Shown piece after piece: positions 58,679 to 64,000 of a stretch of DNA of 64,000 nt (the stretch's first letter is position 1; every line of letters starts with the position of its first letter). The stretch lies in contig NW_027117338.1 in assembly GCF_038025025.1 (NCBI RefSeq), positions 1,612,001 through 1,676,000 on the forward strand, given 5' to 3'. The position numbers and the translations under genes are program-made. Below the pieces are notes generated by a model that ran no database searches, was not told the origin of the DNA, and was given only the letters and a program-made list of their open reading frames with translations. This DNA comes from Phyllosticta citribraziliensis (Eukaryota).

Positions 58679-60909
58679 TTACAGTCCCGAATCGGTCTTG
58701 GGGTAAATACTAGTCTTCCAGTACTTGTCCCAGTTGGAGCAGGTCTGCTGGTAATCCGGTCCAGGCAGTTTGATCTTGTCCTTGGACTCGAGGAATTGCA
58801 CGCCGAGACCTTCGGAGATGTGGTTGGCAATATGGCCTTGAGTGGTGTTAGCGCGTTGGATAGAGAAGGAGCGATGGTGTCGACTTACAGTGCATCAGCC
58901 AGGAGCCAGGGTTGTCGGTCGGGAAGGCAATCGCGAGCCAGCCACGTGCGGGCAAAATTGCGCTATCACGGCGCGTAGGATTGTTGAAGTTGAGCTTAGA
59001 CGGTGAGGTCGCAGTATCGAAGATGCCCGTTCCATAACCAAGGATGTAGAAATCATGTCCGTGCAAATGCATCGGATGCGCAATTGGAACCTTTGTGCCG
59101 GCTGTCTCTTGAATAATCCAGTAGGTCCACTATTGTTGGAGGGCTAGTCAGTAAACGTGTCAGGGGAAGCCAACGGGGCAATGTTGGAGACGGAAGGTGG
59201 GAAGGCACGTGGCGGTGCAGGGTGGGAAGGCACGAATGGTGCGAGGCAACAAAGGTCAGAAGACTTACAATGTCCGAAGTGGGCAGCTCAATCAAGTTGT
59301 AGGTGTGCGGATAAGTCGTGTTCTTGTCCATGACGTACTGAATCGTGGGTTTCTCCCAATCAATATCAATAGCAGTCATGTTGATGCCCCAGAAGACAAT
59401 GTTTTGCTGGTTGGTAGTCACGTTTGAAACAGTCAAGTCGACACCCAAGTTCTTGACTTGGCTCAGAAACGTCGCACTGGGAACAGCGTTTGGGACCACA
59501 GGCGTTGGGAGAGGCTCATCACATCCGCCAGGCTGAGGCGTGTTCGACGTCGCGGGGTCGACGGCAGGTGCGCCATCATACTTGAAGATGGCCTTGCCGT
59601 TAAGAGCGCTGGTGGTGTTGCAGCCAGGGGCGGAATTGGCGCGGAACCAGTAGTTGCTGGCAGTCTGATTGGCGGTGATGATGACATCGTAACGTTGTCC
59701 TTGTGGAGTATTAGAACTTGTCGAGGCCCGAGGAAAATGCACACTTACCAATAGCCACCAGCAGCCAATTGGTGTTCCATGGGACCGTAGGCACGAAATC
59801 AGAAGTGATGACCTGCATTGAGTGGCCATCGAGCGACACCCAGATCGCGTCGATGACGGAATTGTTAATCAGACGCAGGCGGTATCTCTTGCCAGGCTTC
59901 ATCGTGGTGGTGCTGTAGCTACCCGTTCCGGTGGCGCTTTTGCTCGTGCCGTTCACAAGAATGTTGTCGGGATTGGGGCCGGGTTGCCCCCTTTGGAGCG
60001 CCGCCATAGTGAGAGCCTCAATACCGAAAGAGCCACGGTAGTACCAGTCGCTAAGAGTAAAGGTTCCCAAATCTTCATCATAGTTGGCCGAAGCAGGGCC
60101 ATTGATGACAATCTGACCACTAGCACCATCGCCGTATTGAGTCGAGAAATGAGAGTGAAACCACCTATCAGGTGTTAGAGGGGCAAATCTGAAAGAGGAA
60201 AAAAAACCAGAAACTTACGAGGTACCGAATTGAGTTGCTTGAAAGGTGTATGTCTTGGTGTCTCCAGGTGCTAGGGGGCCTATAAATGGTCAGCACGAGG
60301 CATGGCAAATTGGGGAGCAACATACACTCGGTAAGACCATTGGTACCGTCCTGAGAGTTGGTTTGATATTGTCTGATACCATGCCAGTGCACACTCGTTC
60401 CTTGTCCCTGTCAGCAATTGAAGAATATAAAGAACAGTGCTCATACCGTTACTTGGCATCTTGTTGGTGACAGTCACTTGAATCATATCGCCCCAGTCTT
60501 GATCAATTAGCTCATGTTTCCGCAATCAGACAAGTTTCTTACTGGCATAGATGGTCGGGCCTGGAAGTTGGCCATTGAAGAGTAGACAGGGTCGCGCAAC
60601 AGCACCGTCAGGGTTGCACGTGGAGTTTGTAATCTCCAAATTGTACTTGACGGTTCGGCCCGTGTTAGGCCACTTGGCATCAAAGTCGGTGGCAATGCTG
60701 TAGCCATTGGCCCAGCAGCCCCTGGTATTGGGTCCATTGGAGCAGACGCCGTCAGGAGTTCTGGTGGAAGCTGCCTTTGACGAAGTGGGAGATGCCTGGC
60801 GCTGTATCAAAGTTTGCGGAGGTCCACCCGGTCCCCACAGAACATGATCGGCGGGAAGGTTGCTGGCCGAAGCCAACCCCACCAAGACAGCGAGTTGGTA
60901 GAGACGCAT
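58679..60909 (-). CDS. Laccase / multicopper oxidase (AA1), 8 exons
   Basis: Copper motifs HWHG, WFHSH, HPMHLHGH and WLMHCHIANHISEGL, C-terminal DSGL, and a signal peptide. Introns 60498-60542, 60401-60446, 60280-60325, 60165-60218, 59700-59748, 59130-59268, 58837-58888. Confidence 0.95.
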
Positions 60910-63000
60910 GGCGAAGAGACGGAAACGAAAAGAATGGATTTCAACCGAATTGGGGTAGGTCTCCGTAGGGCGAGGTTGAGGCTTCTATATACAAGGAGAG
61001 GGAGACACTGGATGGAGGCATTGGCGCTGAAACGCCATAGGCTGGATCCTTGTTCGGGAGGCCGGCATGAAGATGGTCCTGGGCAGAAGAAGGCGGACAG
61101 CATCAGCTGGAGCGGCTATTGCAGATTGGAGATGGTAAGGCATGGGTAGTGACGCGTGCATTTCGCGCGTGGTGGTGCATCGGGAGTCGACGAGAGCGCC
61201 CATGGCGCAGGGGCGTTCATCTTGGATTCAAGCCAAGCGGTAGCGGCTCGAATGGTGGACAGTTTTGGCAACAGTCGGGACCAAACAAAACAAGGGCTGA
61301 GCATCGGCCAAGTGTTGACAGGGTGATGCTGGTACAGCACATGAAGGCAAGACACGAGCTCGTGCTGTGCGTCAGATGAAGGTGGTTGAGAAAAAGTGCG
61401 ACAAAGAAGAGAGCATGGGTGTCAGACGCAAGGGCGGCAGAGGCTCAGTCGACGGCAGGCTCGCAGCGCCATGGGGGCTGCAGACAGCTGCATACATGGA
61501 GTGATTATGCACTGGGAGCGCCCAAAGACGGAATGGCCAAGTCAAGGCGGAGCACAGGCGGAGGTCAGAGCGGAAGCGCGGAGAAACGGAGACTCGGAGA
61601 ATGGTCAGGTACAGCACGATGGTACCTGGCGGTTAGAGTCGACCATGGCGAGTGCAACGTCTGCAGAGCCAGATACCAAAGTCTCGGATACGCCAAGGAT
61701 CAGTAAGAGCTGCGGCTGATGGCATTGGACTTGCGCCTCCACCGTCACATTTGCGCCGAGCGAGGGCCGGCCCCGACTAGTCTGGCTCTTGACACGGAAC
61801 TCGGGTGGATCGAACACTCTCGGCCGCTCGGGCGCCTGGTCGCGACGACTGTTCAAGTCCATGGCACCATGAGGGAGCGGTCTGCCACGTGAAGCCTGGA
61901 ATACAATCAGCCTTGTGCATCCGGACAATTTGCTAATCGATATTCCTTTTGAGCCGAACTCACCTGTGTTTAAGCGAGTGCCTGCGCCCCAAAGGCGAAT
62001 TGTCAGGACTGCGCTGGGCGCGGAGCTATAGTTAGCATGTCACAGGCACACAGGCGAGGAGGATGAGGCGTGGTGGAGGTGTGGTGGAGGTTCTTGGGCG
62101 ACGTGGACCTGAGAGGACCCTGCGCCGATCTCTCGCTTAGCGGGCGGGACTGAGCCGATTCCGACTCGTCGACGAAGCGAGGGAGGCGGCCTGGGCTTCA
62201 GGTTGGTGGCTCCCCACCTCTCTACTCCGACCTGACCTGAACCACCTCTTCCACTCGCCCCACACCGCAACAAACACCTACAGCTGCTTCATAATGAAAT
62301 CAAACGCATCATCCAATCGCTTTCCCGACATCAGTGGCTGAGCTCCAAAAGCTGCCGACCTAGTGCTGACTGCTCTCCCTTGGCAATATCCGACCGCTGT
62401 CATGTCAGAACTCACCATCAGCCGCTTCATGGCTCCCGGCCCTGTGTCGCGCTCGAGCCCACGCCTCGAGGCTAGCTACGCGAAAACGAGCGTCTAGATC
62501 TTGGCCTAGCCCTCTTGGTGCTGCTGATCCGCACATGGCGGTACCCGTTGACCACACTTGGGCCCGTTTCGTGCATCTTAGCTGGCTCTGTGGCTTGGGC
62601 TACTTTGAGTACACTTCTTGGATACCGTTTACTCCTACTGAGCCCCGTGTCTCCAACCCATTTTTTGCACCTCGCCGCGTCCTTGGCCTTGTGAATTCTC
62701 GACCAAGGAACCGTCCTCTCGGTTCAGCTCGAACGCGCTCCTTCGTCATGAGGCGGCAGCGAGACTGTTGGCCATGGCCTCCCATGGCAGTCCCGAGTGG
62801 CTCCAGCCAAAGCACCTAAGCCCGCATGATACGGACTGCCGAATCCATTTTTACAGCACCGGCTAGCTTCCGATGTGCATGCTCTCTCAGCTGGCTCACG
62901 TTTAGGTTGATTTGTTAAATTTGACCCGTCGCCATCGCTCGTCCACCTGCATCTCGCCAAACACGTCAATCCCTTTGTTCTTTGACTTTGATACTTGACC

Positions 63001-64000
63001 ATGTCTCCAGTCGCCTCTGTACTCGGCGGCCTCGGCGCCCTTGCTTTGCTGACCCGGCCCGTCCTCGCCCAAGACGACCAAACGCAGACATGTTTTACCT
63101 ACGGCATGGACTTTCAGGGTGGTGGCACTTACTTTCAGAACGTTGCCTCTAGTGACAACTTCACATTTGTACAAGAGTTTGAGGGTAAGACTGAATGGAC
63201 AGCCATGTGTGGCAGTTGCTGATGCATGTCTAGGTTGCAAGAATGACGCTGCGTTGAACTTCCTCGTCGACCCCAACGGCAACCAGATTCAGTGTTCTTC
63301 GACACCGCTGCAGCCTGACGATGCGGACCAAATGTCGACATGGTGCGTTGCTCAACATCATCAGCCAGGCTAACGCTAACATGCCCAGTCCAATCACCAA
63401 GAGCAAATTGATTTCCGGAGCCTGGTCCATTCTCATCATGAGCAACAACGGAAAGGCTCCAGATGCAGGCCTTCCCATTGCCTACGAGCGTGACTTTAGC
63501 CTGACGGTTGGGCCACAACTGACTACGACTGTGAGTACTTATATTTCTCTTCCAGGACATGGCCTGACGTTCCTCAGTACACACCAACCGTCACTTCAAC
63601 AACTGTGATTCCTTCCATCGTCAACTCCACCACGACCTCGACGTCCCTCGTCTCAAAGACTCTCGCTGCTTCTACGGTTGTTGCACCTTCGACTACGCTT
63701 CAAAGGACCGTGACCATCACTCCGAAGGAGGTTATTGTCACCAAGACCACTGCCCTTCTTACCATTACGATCCCCAGCTTGTCCCTCTCGGTTTCCAAGG
63801 CCGTGGTCACGCAGACTGCCACCTGTATTCTCCCTACCAAGCCGCAAATTCCCGATCCTTTCGCCCACATTTGGCCCAAGTTCCCCACCGCAAAGTCCAT
63901 CATGAGTGCTGCTTCCGCCGCAGCCACTCCCACTTCGGCCAAATTTCGCTTCGTCAAGGGCCGTGGTCTGGTCCATGATGATCTCCCCAAGTGGCTGGAA
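63001..64000 (+). CDS. Secreted/cell-wall protein with Cys-containing N-domain and Thr/Ser-rich stalk (3' end beyond window)
   Basis: Signal peptide, then CFTYGMDFQGGGTYFQN..C..LVDPNG..C..WSILIMSNNG. Introns ~63185-63233, 63343-63388, 63531-63578. Confidence 0.8.

Noticed and set aside
49171..60909. Secondary-metabolite cluster (methyltransferase, GST, laccase)
   Set aside because: No backbone enzyme (PKS, NRPS or terpene synthase) is in the window, and housekeeping genes are interspersed.

Overview
Eukaryotic, intron-containing genomic DNA from a filamentous ascomycete (Pezizomycotina, possibly a Dothideomycete), judged from 45-60 nt GT-AG introns with CTRAY branch points and fungal gene families. 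I can support about 25 protein-coding genes: a siderophore MFS transporter, a MYND-finger protein with coding tandem repeats, a second MFS, an FKBP PPIase, a cytochrome-b5 protein, Nbs1, a flavin-binding protein, an OB-fold protein, Apd1, Dlt1, Aha1, a Hul5-like HECT ligase, a Zn2Cys6 factor, Ram1, a Dabb protein, a dsRBD-like protein, a membrane protein, a methyltransferase, a GST, MCU, Rib3, a laccase and a partial secreted protein. There is also an intron-containing tRNA-Lys(CTT). The most unusual signal is not in the ORF track: a dispersed family of short intergenic arrays built from a conserved ~16-nt core (AYGAATGCTCCYTRRG-like). The core repeats at a fixed 33 or 38 bp period with more variable spacers, at ~10.6, 16.8, 38.1 and 52.9 kb, with single cores at ~4.5 and 13.7 kb; two arrays 42 kb apart share a near-identical flank. 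Also notable: a hidden double CCHC zinc-knuckle pseudogene, a GC-AG intron in the HECT gene, uORFs plus an 8-kb gene-free region upstream of the Zn2Cys6 factor, and a gap-type heat-shock element before aha1. Exon boundaries were inferred by eye; no database searches were run.
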